Below, piece by piece: positions 12,092-29,919 of a stretch of 64,000 bases of DNA. The stretch is taken from contig JAQGDQ010000767.1 in the NCBI GenBank assembly GCA_030141605.1, positions 1 to 64,000 on the forward strand, written 5' to 3'. The position numbers and the translations under genes were made by a program. A model generated the notes under the pieces. The model did no database searches. It worked only from the letters and a program-made list of their open reading frames with translations, and was not told where the DNA came from. The stretch is from Tubiluchus corallicola (taxonomy: Eukaryota > Animalia > Priapulida). Within the stretch, counting starts at the first letter, position 1; each line of letters starts with the position of its first letter.

Positions 12092-15000
12092 AATATAAAA
12101 AAATAATAATAACAACAATAATAACAACAACAACAACAACAATAAAAATAATAATAATAATAATAACAACAATAATAACAACAACAACAACAATAATAAC
12201 AATAATAATATTGCAAATTGACACCAGACAAAAGACAACATGTTACTCGAAGGTTAGTCTGTTTTCCATAACAAGTTTGTCCATAACAACGCAATATTTC
12301 ACCTGACTCGGCGCGTACTCGTAGAAATATTGCTTGTACTCGTCCAGCCACACTTCGGCTAGTCGCACGCAATTACGGAAGTAGTTTGTGCCCGCCGGCC
12401 AAGTGTAAGGAAACTTCGTACGGTAAATATGGCCCACATGAGAGCACGGAGCCGTGACCAATGACCCGCCGCACATCCAGACCTGCAACGTCCAAAGTAG
12501 GTAGAAATTTCAAGTTTTCTAAACTGCAAGATTAGAGTTGTAGTTTTAGATTTGAAACTGTTACTTTTAGTTAATTAATGTTTTCAATTACCGTCTGCAG
12601 TACAAGAACAAAGAAGACGACAAAGGAAATGTCAATGGTGTCAAGTAAAGGTCAAACAAAGGTCAAATGCATTTGCTGTTAAATCTAAAGATACAAGAAC
12701 AAAGAAAACTACAACGAAATGTCAATGGTGCCAAGCAAAGGTCAAACAAAGGTCAAATGCATTTGCTGTTAAATCTAAAGATACAAGAACAAAGAAAACT
12801 ACAACGAAATGTCAATGGTGCCAAGCAAAGGTCAAACAAAGGTCAAATGCATTTGCTGTTAAATCTAAAAATCCAAGAACAAAAAAGACGACAAAGTAAA
12901 TGTCAATGGTGTCAAGTAAAGGTCAAACAAAGGTCAAATGAATTTGCTGTTAAATCTAAAAATACAAGAACAAAGAAAACAACAAAGGAAATGTCAATGG
13001 TGTCAAGTAAAGGTCAAACAAAGGTCGAATGCATTTGCTGTGAAATCTAAAAATACGAGAACAAAGAAGACGACAAAGGAAATGTCAATGGTGTCAAGTA
13101 AAGGTCAAACAAAGGTCAAATGCATTTGCTATTAAATCTAAAATTACAAGAACAAAGAAAACAACAAAGGAAATGTCAATGGTGTCAAGTAAAGGTCAAA
13201 CAAAGGTCGAATGCATTTGCTGTGAAATCTAAAAATCAGTTAACAAATAGACTGCAAAGAACTGCTTTTGGATGGCTTCACACAGCATACCACTTGTTCT
13301 GCTTGTTCAGTACCTCATTTCAAAAACTTCACATGATAACTACCCCTAATGCCTACATTAAGCATCACCCTGTTCTCAAGGGTTGGTCCTGAGCATGCAG
13401 AATGGCAAACAGTATAAAAAATGTGCATTTTTAAATAGTTATGCACCTAGGCAACCATTCAATCACCGTTCAATCAATACTTACGTGGTTTACCGGGTGA
13501 GTGAACATCTCGCAGTATGGCAGATTTGCTTAGCAAATTTTGAGTGATGGTGAATTAGCATTTTAATAACACGCAGTGTATAATTTAACATTCACTGCAT
13601 TGCTAGCACGGCTGTCTGAAGTTGTCTCCTCTCTTAAACATGAGAAAACATTGTGTTAATGTGAATGTGAACACTGCATTAACTCATCGTAAAAAGTAAG
13701 GTCTTCTAAGACGTAAAATGATGTGAACACTTTAACACTACCTCAGTGTTACAAGTTTATCTTACCTTAAAAGACAACTCCAAATTTTCACCACCCCAGA
13801 CATCGTACTCCGGATCATAAGTTCCCAAAGTTTCAAACCAATTTTTGTTTATTGCAAACAGACCGCCTGCCATGGTAGGAGTTCTGAAAAAGCGTAATTG
13901 ACTTAGTTATCAGTTAATTTAACTCGAGAACTGCGCTGACGATCAGAAATTTAGAGATAGCACAGAACAGGCCACAATCTTAATGTTACTGATGCCACAT
14001 TCTTCAGGTGCATTGAGACAAGCGAGTTTACTCTGCGACTACAACGTTTAGAAGTAATTCGCAGTAACGCGAGTAACTTCTGACCATGCTTGCGAGCTAC
14101 AACGAGAGATAGCACAGAACAGGCCAAAATCTTAATCACAATCTCAATGTTACTCATGCCACATTCTTAAGGTGCATTGACGCAAGCGAGTTTACTCTGC
14201 GACTACAACGTTTAGAAGTAATTTGCAGTAACTCGAGTAACTTCTGACCACGCTTGCGAGCTACTGCGAGTGGAGTTACCGAAAAAACTCGCTACTCTGA
14301 ATGCGCCATTAGTATCGAGTACCGTCCCCCATAATACGTTACTATCGGGTACCATCCCCCATAATACGTTACTATCGGGTACCGTCCCCCATAATACGTT
14401 AGCATCGGTACCGTCCCCCACAATACGTTACTATCGGGTACCGTCCCCCATAATACGTTAGTAACGGGTACTGTCCCCCATAATACGTTAGCATCGGTAC
14501 CGTCCCCCACAATACGTTAGCATCGGTACCGTCCCCCACAATACGTTACTATCGGGTACCGTCCCCCATAATACATTACTATCGGGTACCGTCCCCCACA
14601 ATACGTTAGCATTGGTACCGTCCCCCACAATACGTTACTATCGGGTACCGTCCCCCATAATACGTTAGTAACGGGTACCGTCCCCCATAATAGGTTACTA
14701 TCAGGTACCATCTCCCATACTAATGGCGCGTTTAGACTAGACAGTTTTCTCTCGTGAGTTTTCCCTCTGACCACAAGCTCGCAAGTTTATCGCGGACTCT
14801 GCGAGTTGTGTCGGCAAGTTTTTGCAAACTTTCTGAGAATTGCTGAGTTTACGATACTCTCAGGGAGTGTTCACAAGTGAAAACTCACTAGCGTAAACCC
14901 GTCGTTACAATTCAAAAGGCAATTAAAAGCAAAACTTATTCGAATTTTAGCTGATGTTAAATTTCAAAGATAATTTTATACCTTGTTCTTATAGTAAAAT

Positions 15001-18000
15001 TTCTATCTGTTTTATACTACTACTGATTACTTGATTGTATGCATTATTTTGAGTCCTAACATACAAGATACAGTAGATACACTGCGCGAACTTAAAAAAA
15101 ATCCACGCATTGTGGAAGCACTGAGAAAGTACACCTCTTTAAATAGCGTAATGGTTTTTAATCCTTGGTCAATTTGGTGTGAGTCCTATAAGTCTACTAG
15201 TTCTACTATAAACTCTACATCTTGGTTACGAACATAAGAGATCTTAACACTATCGTTTCCTTACCTAATCATTATCTGATCTGTAAGATTTATACTCATC
15301 CAATTACAATTTAATTCACTAAATTTATTCACCTATCGTCCTTCTCCATTGTAATGAATAAAAGGAACCACTAAATTTCGGCGTACCTGACTGGGTCGAC
15401 GCTTGTAAGGCCTTCAGAAACCCGGCGCTGCTTTTCCCCTGGTGGCAAAACAATCCAGTTGAAAACAAGTGGCCAGGTAAAACCTCCCACATAGATGTTC
15501 TTCGAAACGTCTAATGAATTTTCGAAAGCAAAGTCTTTAGTACCAATGACCGGAATGACGGGAACGGTAACGGTCCGGTTGTTCCGCGCGATGGGGTCAA
15601 TAAGTGCTGGAAGCCAGCCTGCAGGAAAAAACTCGTGTGGTAGAAGCCAAACGATTTTACACTTCTTCTGTCTGTATGAACCATTTGATAAATATCTCTG
15701 TGTGAAAAGTAAAAGTAAATGTGAACGATACTTTAACCTGCATGCAGACCCGACGAGAGCCCAGGGCCAAGGGTATCTGGGAGGGGGAGAGGGGGAGATT
15801 AAGGACCCAGCTAAGTTTTTTCTCCAAAAAGTTTTCTACGTGGACTATATACAGTGACCACAGCACCAATGTCGTAGGTTCTTACAGTATGTCTTTAATG
15901 CAGTCATTCCCGTGTTTAGTTCGGCTTCACGTAATGTTTTGTCACTTATCAAGTTAATCTAATTAAATTTAAATATGTCTACCAGTTGACTCATCTACTG
16001 CTTGAAAACGCTAAAGATAATAAGATGTGAGGAGATTTTCAAATGTAGTAATTTGTCATATTACATTAATGAAGTATAATTTCTGATGAGACACCTAGAA
16101 ATATCTAAACATACATTTAAACACAAAAAAGATCTTAAAATGTATATCTGAAACAGACAATATCTATCTATAGTACATCTGCAGTTCACTAAATGATGTA
16201 AACCTTTGGCAAAATTTTATGCACAACCTGTATAAGATACGATTGTCAATTGGACATTGTCAAAAACCATGAAAAAACTTTCCTTTAATGACAAACAATC
16301 AAACTGACTACAAAAATGCAAACCACACCCAAAGTTGCGCCTCCAGAACAAGTATAGAGAAAATTTCCTAAGAGTGAAGTGAACGATCTGCTCTCTAGAC
16401 CACGTGATTAGCCGACAAAAATACCCGATCAGATAACTACTCAAGAGAAGCCTACCTACTGTACACTCGCAATGTGAATCCTGATAGACCAGGACTTCTC
16501 CCGAGGCATGTTTCCCTCCTATTAGCCGAGCCCGTATGAGACCTTCTCTTTTGCTCGCTCTGACAATCTTTACTTTTTTCATTGTGCTCACATATTCTTC
16601 CAGGGGTTTGTTTGTATGACCTGTTAAAAGCACCAGCTCTCTGTCACCAGATAATGAAAGAACAATTCAAGTTCAAATAAATTACAGAGTCATCCGGAGA
16701 AAGACGGGGTATACAGCCAAGTGCTCACTGTGACCAAAATTAAGCAATGTTAAAGCTGATGAGTGAATAGCTGGTGGCAACCTAACTTAAATACTCACTC
16801 TGGAAAGTTGAACTCGCTGTGCAAATTGTGGCTGTTTACCTCATTAAGAACAGATCTATTTACATCACAGCAAAAATGATAAATGCTGAATTACAGCTTT
16901 GTTTATATCACACCAAAGTGTATAAAATGGTCACCATAATAAGCAACGTTTTTGGATATGTATACATATACACATAATATTAATAATTGTAATATGGACA
17001 GTTTACATTCTTATTACACAAAATGAAATTTAAGGTTTACTTCTCTTGGAAAAATCGTCTACGAGTATTATCTCGTGTAGGATGTCAGCTGGAGATCTGT
17101 CCAAGACGCTGTGTACGGTCCGCAGTAAAACAGACAGCGCCTCCTCGTGGAATACAATGATCACGCTGACCGTGGGTAAGTTCTTCAAGTAGGATTGCTT
17201 TAAACAGCTAAAAATAAAACCACAAAAGCACCTTCAGTTGTCATAAAGTCATAAACATATGACCGCGTTGTTGCCGTTAATCATGTTGGCCTCATTTGCT
17301 TTAATAAATTCACAAGATTATGATGGCAGTAACGAATGAATGGTGGCAATGATGGTATAGTGGAAACCATTGAAATTTAAGACAAAAAGGAGTAATGTTA
17401 CAGTTTGTAGAGCTGACAAACTTCTATCTTCTTGCGTAAAAATTCACAAAACTTTAATATAAAAGCAAGTAGCTTATAACAAAATAAAGGAACAAATTTC
17501 CAGGCCAGAACTCTGGCTTTCTGCTAGTCTGACAACTCTCTTTTGCTCCATTCTGCTCTGTCTCCCTAAACTTGCCCAACGAGTTCACTAATCAAGGTGT
17601 TATTATATCTATGGCTCAGGTACAACTTAGTCAGGCGCAATAGTAAATCCAAAAATGCATTACTATATAAAGTAAAAATTAAGAAATACAGTGTAATTAG
17701 CAATTTACATCCTCTGACAAGCAAGAAACTTGTACTAACTTACTCTGGATGTCGCATATCAGGTAAACGCCTACGTAAAGATATCTGGTCACTCAAATAC
17801 TCATCAAAATCATTTTTGGCTATGCCGCGATTATAGAGATGACGTTGTTCGGGCGTTAGTTCCTCCTTCTTTGTCATTATTGGCTTGCCCATGTCTCCCG
17901 GACCTCCCGGAACCGGGCTGAAGTAAAAACATCTGATGATTGAAACGAAATTACAAAGTCTCAATGACGAGAAAATTGACATTTTAATAGAAACTTTTCT

Positions 18001-18906
18001 TTCATAATGGCAGGGGCAGCTCGTAGTTAAAGTTAGTGGGTGCTGCTTTACACAATATGTACACTTTACGTACAGGGTGTTCTAAAAGAAGTGCTATAGT
18101 AGAAATGAGTTGAACAAATTGCAAAAGAATATACATGAATAATGGGTGCCATAGTAGTTTTCATTGCAATGCTTTCTAAAGTTTATGCGTTCTACGTACA
18201 GGTTGTTCCAAAAGAAGCAATACAATAGAAATATCCTGGAGAGAAATATGTATACAGACTTACTGATTCTCTATGGTGTAATATAGGTATGCTTATAGCA
18301 TTTGTTAGTGCGCTATTTCTTTTGGAACAGCCTATCTTATGGCTTCACTAAAAATTATTTGTGTGTGAAGATACTCTAGTTAGTTTTAAGTACATGAGTA
18401 AGTTAAATGGCACTTTCTCCACACTAATAACACTTATAGCAGTAAAATGTTAATAAGTACTTTAGTTTTCAGTGCTTTAGTAAGTTTTAAGCACGTTAGT
18501 GATTTCTAAGTACTTACTCCACAATTAAAGTCTTGTTACCACAAACAACTTTCCGAGGCTCATCTGGTGAAATCAAATTGGAACGTTTCGCATCGCCAAA
18601 GGTGTCATTTTGAGTAGTAGTATTTGTCGCCTCTATCATGATGATAGTGTCGGCCCGTTTTGGCTTTGAGTTCGTCAAAACTAACCGAAGAGGCTGAAGA
18701 GGCTGAACAGCCGAACTGCTGAAAGACGCGGTTAGCATAGTGATTCCGGTGGTAATTTTCGACAATGTACCGCTCCTTTTTTTAATGAATAACCTATCGT
18801 TAATAAGAATGGATACGTCGCCAGCAATGAGTTTATGCATCACAAGAACTAAGCTAATGTACAAGAAAGCTAGCAATACCGGGTGTCGAAGTAACTTACG
18901 CAACAT
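8189..18906 (-). CDS. GALNT: Polypeptide N-acetylgalactosaminyltransferase (ppGalNAc-T, CAZy GT27) copy 1; complete, 11 coding exons, 652 aa
   Basis: Exons (minus): 18906-18518, 17917-17744, 17207-17041, 16620-16456, 15618-15387, 13883-13766, 12482-12303, 11677-11540, 10879-10763, 10306-10178, 8338-8189(TAA). All are GT-AG with compatible phases, total 1959 nt. Type II N-terminal TM ([16 protein letters not shown]) and S/T-rich stem. Catalytic motifs [48 protein letters not shown] (DxH), [32 protein letters not shown]. Ricin-type lectin with three C-x-D/E...QxW-like repeats. The symbol is family-level only; the isoform is not assignable. Confidence 0.97.
8364..9876. repeat. 43-bp minisatellite, about 35 copies, in the last GALNT1 intron
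   Basis: Unit gagaagctgcaaacaggtacgaaggtcatgacctaagaggatt. Confidence 0.97.
9927..10100 (-). pseudogene. Two short 5S rRNA-like fragments (5S pseudogene or SINE3-type head), locally duplicated
   Basis: Reverse complement reads cctGAAGTTAAGCAACaccaaGCCtGaTTAGTgaagGaATGGaTGAtCGCC, resembling the 5S internal control region (box A AGTTAAGC to box C GGATGG). Copies at about 9927-9978 and 10052-10100. Confidence 0.5.
10514..10593. repeat. (CT)n microsatellite
   Basis: Direct reading. Confidence 0.95.
10955..11150. repeat. Degenerate 15-16 bp tandem repeat (aaagtcacaggtaaaa)
   Basis: About 12 degenerate units. Confidence 0.8.
12025..12211. repeat. (AAT)n/(AAC)n compound microsatellite
   Basis: Direct reading. 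It is the source of the poly-L/C/Y/V/I ORFs. Confidence 0.95.
12600..13236. repeat. 90-91 bp minisatellite, about 7 copies (GALNT1 intron 6)
   Basis: tacaagaacaaagaa-type motif at 12601, 12692, 12782, 12872, 12963, 13054, 13145. Confidence 0.95.
14304..14729. repeat. About 30-bp tandem array bounded by a 13-bp inverted repeat (probable MITE)
   Basis: gcgccattagtat (14304) ... atactaatggcgc (14717-14729) enclose units of gtaccgtcccccataatacgttactatcgg. The paralogous array is at about 63474-64000. Confidence 0.8.
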
Positions 18907-19381
18907 GTTGCTACAGACAACCTGGTTGGGTGCTAATTACGAATATTTGAATGTTTCACTTTTTTTCAATTTGCATTTATAGTAAATAATAATAATTCAC
19001 TAAAACCAGAACTGAACATACTTAATGCATAGTGCAATGTAAGTTGTGAAAACTGCTAACATTTTGACTACATGTGCATTATATTATATCACCCACGTAA
19101 TGAACAGCAGGTAACAGGTGTGAATATGTTAATAACTAGTTAGTTATGCCAACATGCAAAAATTGGTGCATTTCTGTATAAAAGAGACTGCATTATTGTA
19201 TAGTTGTAATTTATTTTAGATGTGAATTTGATTGTATTGTAATTTTATTGTGTTATACTGTAAACTTTTCATGATGTACTGTATCTTTGATACGAAATAA
19301 AGATTTACCATTATTACTATTGTATTGTTCACTGTAAACTCATTGCATGTGCCATAAGTGTGCTGACGCATCAGTCAGAAT

Positions 19382-19393
19382 GGTCACGTGACC
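19382..19393. promoter_or_regulatory. Palindromic GGTCACGTGACC (CLEAR/USF-type E-box) about 480 bp upstream of the GALNT1 ATG
   Basis: Perfect 12-bp palindrome with a second CACGTG at 19412-19417 in a CpG-enriched patch. Both are retained in copy 2 (57367-57378). Function is inferred only. Confidence 0.35.
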
Positions 19394-19904
19394 GCCTATT
19401 GTTTCAACACGCACGTGTCTGTAGAAGACGGAGTAGTGGATTTTAAGACTCTGTTGCATTTTTCTAATTCCTTTGGTGTTTAGAACAGTGCATCATTATT
19501 GATTTCATTTTGTGTGTTTACTGTTTCTTTACTAAACAATTATAAGCAGTCGTTGAAGTGTTTGAACTCGTTTGTCGTTAAAAATTAAGCATCTAATTAG
19601 CATGTTCTCCACAGTATCTCTGAAGGTTGTGCAATGAGACAGGGCATCGCATCAATAACCACTATACAGCAGATTAAAAAAAATTCATTACGGCGTATCT
19701 CAGTTACGTAGAAAGAAAAAACAAGCATCTATTCTACTTTTATTATTGTATTGTGTATTAATGTCGTGAATATAAAATGTTAAAATTGCACATAATAATA
19801 TTAAACTTGTTTGTTTGTGTATAATAATGCCTAATCTATAGATTTGTGCACAGTTAGCAATACTTAGTACAAAAATTTCTAAATTGTGCTTTTGTAGTTA
19901 AACC

Positions 19905-20230
19905 TATCAAAACTGTATGCTTACACGTAAGAACATTATTATTGTACAGTTGTAAATAATTGTAGTTAAATCTGTCAAACTGTATGCTTATACATAACAA
20001 CGTTATTATTGTATAGTTGTAAATAATTGTAGTTTAATCTGTCAAAACTGTATGCTTATACGTAACAACGTTATTATTGTATAGTTGTAAATAATTGTAG
20101 TTTAATCTGTGAAAACTGTATGCTTATACGTAACAACGTTATTATTGTATAGTTGTAAATAATTGTAGTTTAATCTGTGAAAACTGTATGCTTATACGTA
20201 ACAACGTTATTATTGTATAGTTGTAAATAA
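19905..20230. repeat. 68-bp minisatellite, about 5 copies
   Basis: aaactgtatgctta recurs at about 68-bp spacing from 19910 to about 20180. Confidence 0.93.
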
Positions 20231-21413
20231 TGCTATACGGCTGCAGAAAAAGACATTAAAATTGAACACATTTCCCACAATTACGACAATTTATTATCCA
20301 AAACTTTACACTAAAAATAATTTAGATTTCAAATTTGAAGTAAAGTTACTATTCTACGTAAAAAACACAGTTGAGGCAGGACGTAAGATGATGTATCCTT
20401 CCAACAAATCTTCCTGACCTTAACAATGCAATAAAAATAAAGGCCATGTCATTCTTTCTAATATCAGTTTTTTTCAATCATTATTTTACTTACAAAAAAT
20501 TACAATAAACCTATGCACAATTAAGAAAACATTAATAAAAAGCAAAAACTACCAACTAAAACAAAAAAAATGAAACGACACCTCGTTATTATGCTTTCCC
20601 ATTAAAAAACTTAAAAATCACTAAAATAACTTTCTGAAGATACACAAGTGAGCATTTTCTGAAATTATATAATCTAGACGTAGTTCAACATCTTAACTCC
20701 TTCACATGAAACAACTTTCAAGAAGCTATGATAGTCAAAATTATCTTTTATATGTTATTTACATTTCTGGAACTAAAATATGTCTCTGTGAATACACCGA
20801 AAGAGCTTTTCTTCCGCGAAATTTACGCTAGCGACAATTCAAGACTCCGGTGACTGAACGCACAAAAAACACAGTACAGTTAGCTCACTGAGCTACAATT
20901 GTAATTAAGAAAAATAATTAATTAACGACTGTACACGGCTAATCTCATACAGGTATTATGGGTTATATACATACATAACTGCTACTGCAAGTTTGCTTTT
21001 ACAAAAACTTTGAAAATTGTTCGAAATGCTCTAGAAATTTCATCCAAAGAAACGAGTGCTGGTGCTGAGAGACCCAGTCCTCTGCACTGTAAACAATGAA
21101 CTAGGTCATCCTGCAATGTAAAGCGTAGACCCTTTTGTGCAATAAAAGAAGCGGGTCCCATTTTCCTTTATTTTAAAAGCAGAGTTGGTCCTAAAAGTAT
21201 TTAGTAGAGATACACACAACTGAGAAAGGACGGAAATGGCACGAAAATGGACGGCACAAGGAAGAAGATGGACGCGGCATGAAAGTAAATATAACTTGGC
21301 TGCCTTGTTGCTTTTACGCAACACAAACATTCACTGTAAAGCCAAGTTACAACCATTTAAAAATCATTCTCCATTATTCGCTCTTGTATTTGTCCACGGG
21401 TAGATAAAGTAGA

Positions 21414-27042
<5,629 letters not shown>

Positions 27043-27198
27043 CTTAATGATACGGATGCTGCAAATCTAAGAAAAGAAAGAATTAATTTGTGACTATAAA
27101 TTGTTTTGAGTAGGTATAACAGTATATACCATATATAATTTCACAATCATGTTTATTCACTACAATGCCGAACTCTAAGAATTGCTCTTTTTGCTTAA

Positions 27199-27811
27199 AG
27201 AACAAGAAAAGGGGTACCTGAAGTAAGTTTTAAAAAAATTGCCTTAAAAAAATTATACTACATTACAGTAATTTTATGCACATACCATATTCGCGTTGAA
27301 AGGAATTTTAGTTTGTTTTCATTTTAAATCTCCCGCAATACTGTTCCGAAGTCGACATTACATGACGTCACTAGGCCAAGTAAATCAGGGGTAGAAAAGG
27401 AAATGTTAAATTATGGCCCAAAAAACTTTCCATGCAAAGTTATATTACTTAGCATTTCACTTACCTGCTGGAAAGACTTGCGTAACTAGAAATAATTTAA
27501 AATGTTTGTGCCAATTGGTAAAACGTCGTGACTCACCATTCAGGGTGCGGACTCACTAACCAAAAACGTATTTTTAATCTTATTGACAAGATACAGTAAC
27601 TTAAAATTTTGCTTAATTAGCAACATGCAAGCTACGAATGCTCTGATTATTTTTTCAAACCTTATTTAGTGTTATCGAAATTTACTTCAAAGGTTTTATA
27701 CAGTGATGCACGCCATGCATACGAAAAGTTAGTATACATGTAACTTGTAAGTGGTATAAAATTTCAAAATTTTTTTTTAAGCTTTATGTAAGTGGAGGGT
27801 TTTCTTGTGCT
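27199..27811. mobile_element. Kolobok-like MITE (TTAA TSD)
   Basis: TTAA|AGAACAAGAAAA ... TTTTCTTGTGCT|TTAA. The internal part resembles about 49660-50129. Confidence 0.65.
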
Positions 27812-29442
27812 TTAATTGTGGTCTTACCTACTTATAACTTACAGGCGTATCTGCAGCTAACACACTTGTATAGACTCGCCAGAAACATCACCATTTTCAG
27901 TTACTCTCTAGTCTCTACAGTCAGTTGTGGTTTGTTCAGTAGAAGTGTGTTAACTGTAAGTTACTGAAATGTTCTATAGAGGCATTTTTACTCTGGCGTT
28001 TAATGAGACTATGTTTAATGACTAACTAATTGCAAGTAAAACTCAATCAAAACTCGTAGAGTGGACTAGAAATTCGTTGCCTTGCAAGTCGAAGAATAAT
28101 TACAAAGCCGCCAATTTTTTTTCAAAAATCAAAGTTACCTGTCAATTAACTAATCGTTTACTAATGCATATTGATTAATTTGTTAACATACATTTTATTA
28201 ACATGCTTGACTTTTGTAGAACAACTTGCTGACTTTTCGACTTTCTCTGACAAAATACGAAATATCACAACATGCAAAATCTTTCAAAATCGGAAAGGGC
28301 GGTGCCTCATTGAGAGCCTCTCGTAATCGTCCATTCTCCACGCAACCAACAAATATTTATTTTAATTATTTAGGTTTTGTGTTTTTACTAGTTCTTTGTT
28401 ATTGTAGTATAAAATATTATTCCTTAAGTGCACATAATTTTTAATTAGACTTAAGTAGGCTGTTTAAGTAAGTTGTACAAACTCATGTTTTTGCAATGTT
28501 GCATAATTATATTTGTTATATTTTGCTTTGCTTTTTGTACATTGATTTTTTTAAAATTATAATTTTTTGCCATGATACACAATTATATTTGTGAAATATA
28601 AATTGAATTAAAATTAACTAAGTTGCAAAACTCATGTTTTTGCAGCATTGTATGATGATTTTTTTACATTTCGTATTTGTTCTTCTACAATGATTTTTTT
28701 TTGTAATTGTAATTTTTGCCATGATACACTATTGTATTTTGCAAAAAATTAAATTGAATTATTGTTTTTTCTGGATACTTGATATTGCCACTGGATAGTG
28801 GCTACTACACTGTAACTGTATACCATAGTAAAGAGACTGCTTGCACACATATTCCACAATTTTAAAAATTAAAGAGACACCATGTCTAGCAAAAATCCTT
28901 GCTCAAAACTAGGATATTAGCAACCATTATTAACCACGGTTATACCAGCGAAAGAGTGGGAGAGAGAGAAGGAAGAGAAAAAAGAGAGAGCACGAGAAGG
29001 AAAGGGGCAGCAGTTTACATGTGCCCGACAAGAAGAGAAAAGACAAGATGAGTGGAAAATAGACCTAGGAAAAAGCTGCAGAATTTGGGGATAAATTGTA
29101 GATGCAGTTCCAGGAATGCAGTTATTCTTTGCAATGTGCTGCTTTCTCCATTGTTATCTCACTATCATTGCTGTTGACGACAGTGTCAATAATGACGACA
29201 TGCAATGATCAGTGACAATGCTGGAGCAATGACAACAGTGATGATGAGTATTATGATTACTGAAATTAATCAATAAGCTTAACCAATATTGACCATTGCA
29301 AAAAATAAAGAAAATTAAAAATTGGAAATTAGCATTCGTAATCAGGTCTTTCATTATTATTTAACCAATCACCCACAAAAGTTGTAGTAATTACATAGTT
29401 TAGTGTGTACACTTCGAGTTCAGATATTATCAAAGGCAAGGA

Positions 29443-29919
<477 letters not shown>

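Noticed and set aside
11950-12372. Poly-Cys/Tyr/Leu/Val ORFs
   Set aside because: Microsatellite translations.
12667-13392. ORFs with CQWCQ repeats
   Set aside because: Translations of the 90/91-bp intronic minisatellite, antisense to GALNT1, with frames shifting between units.
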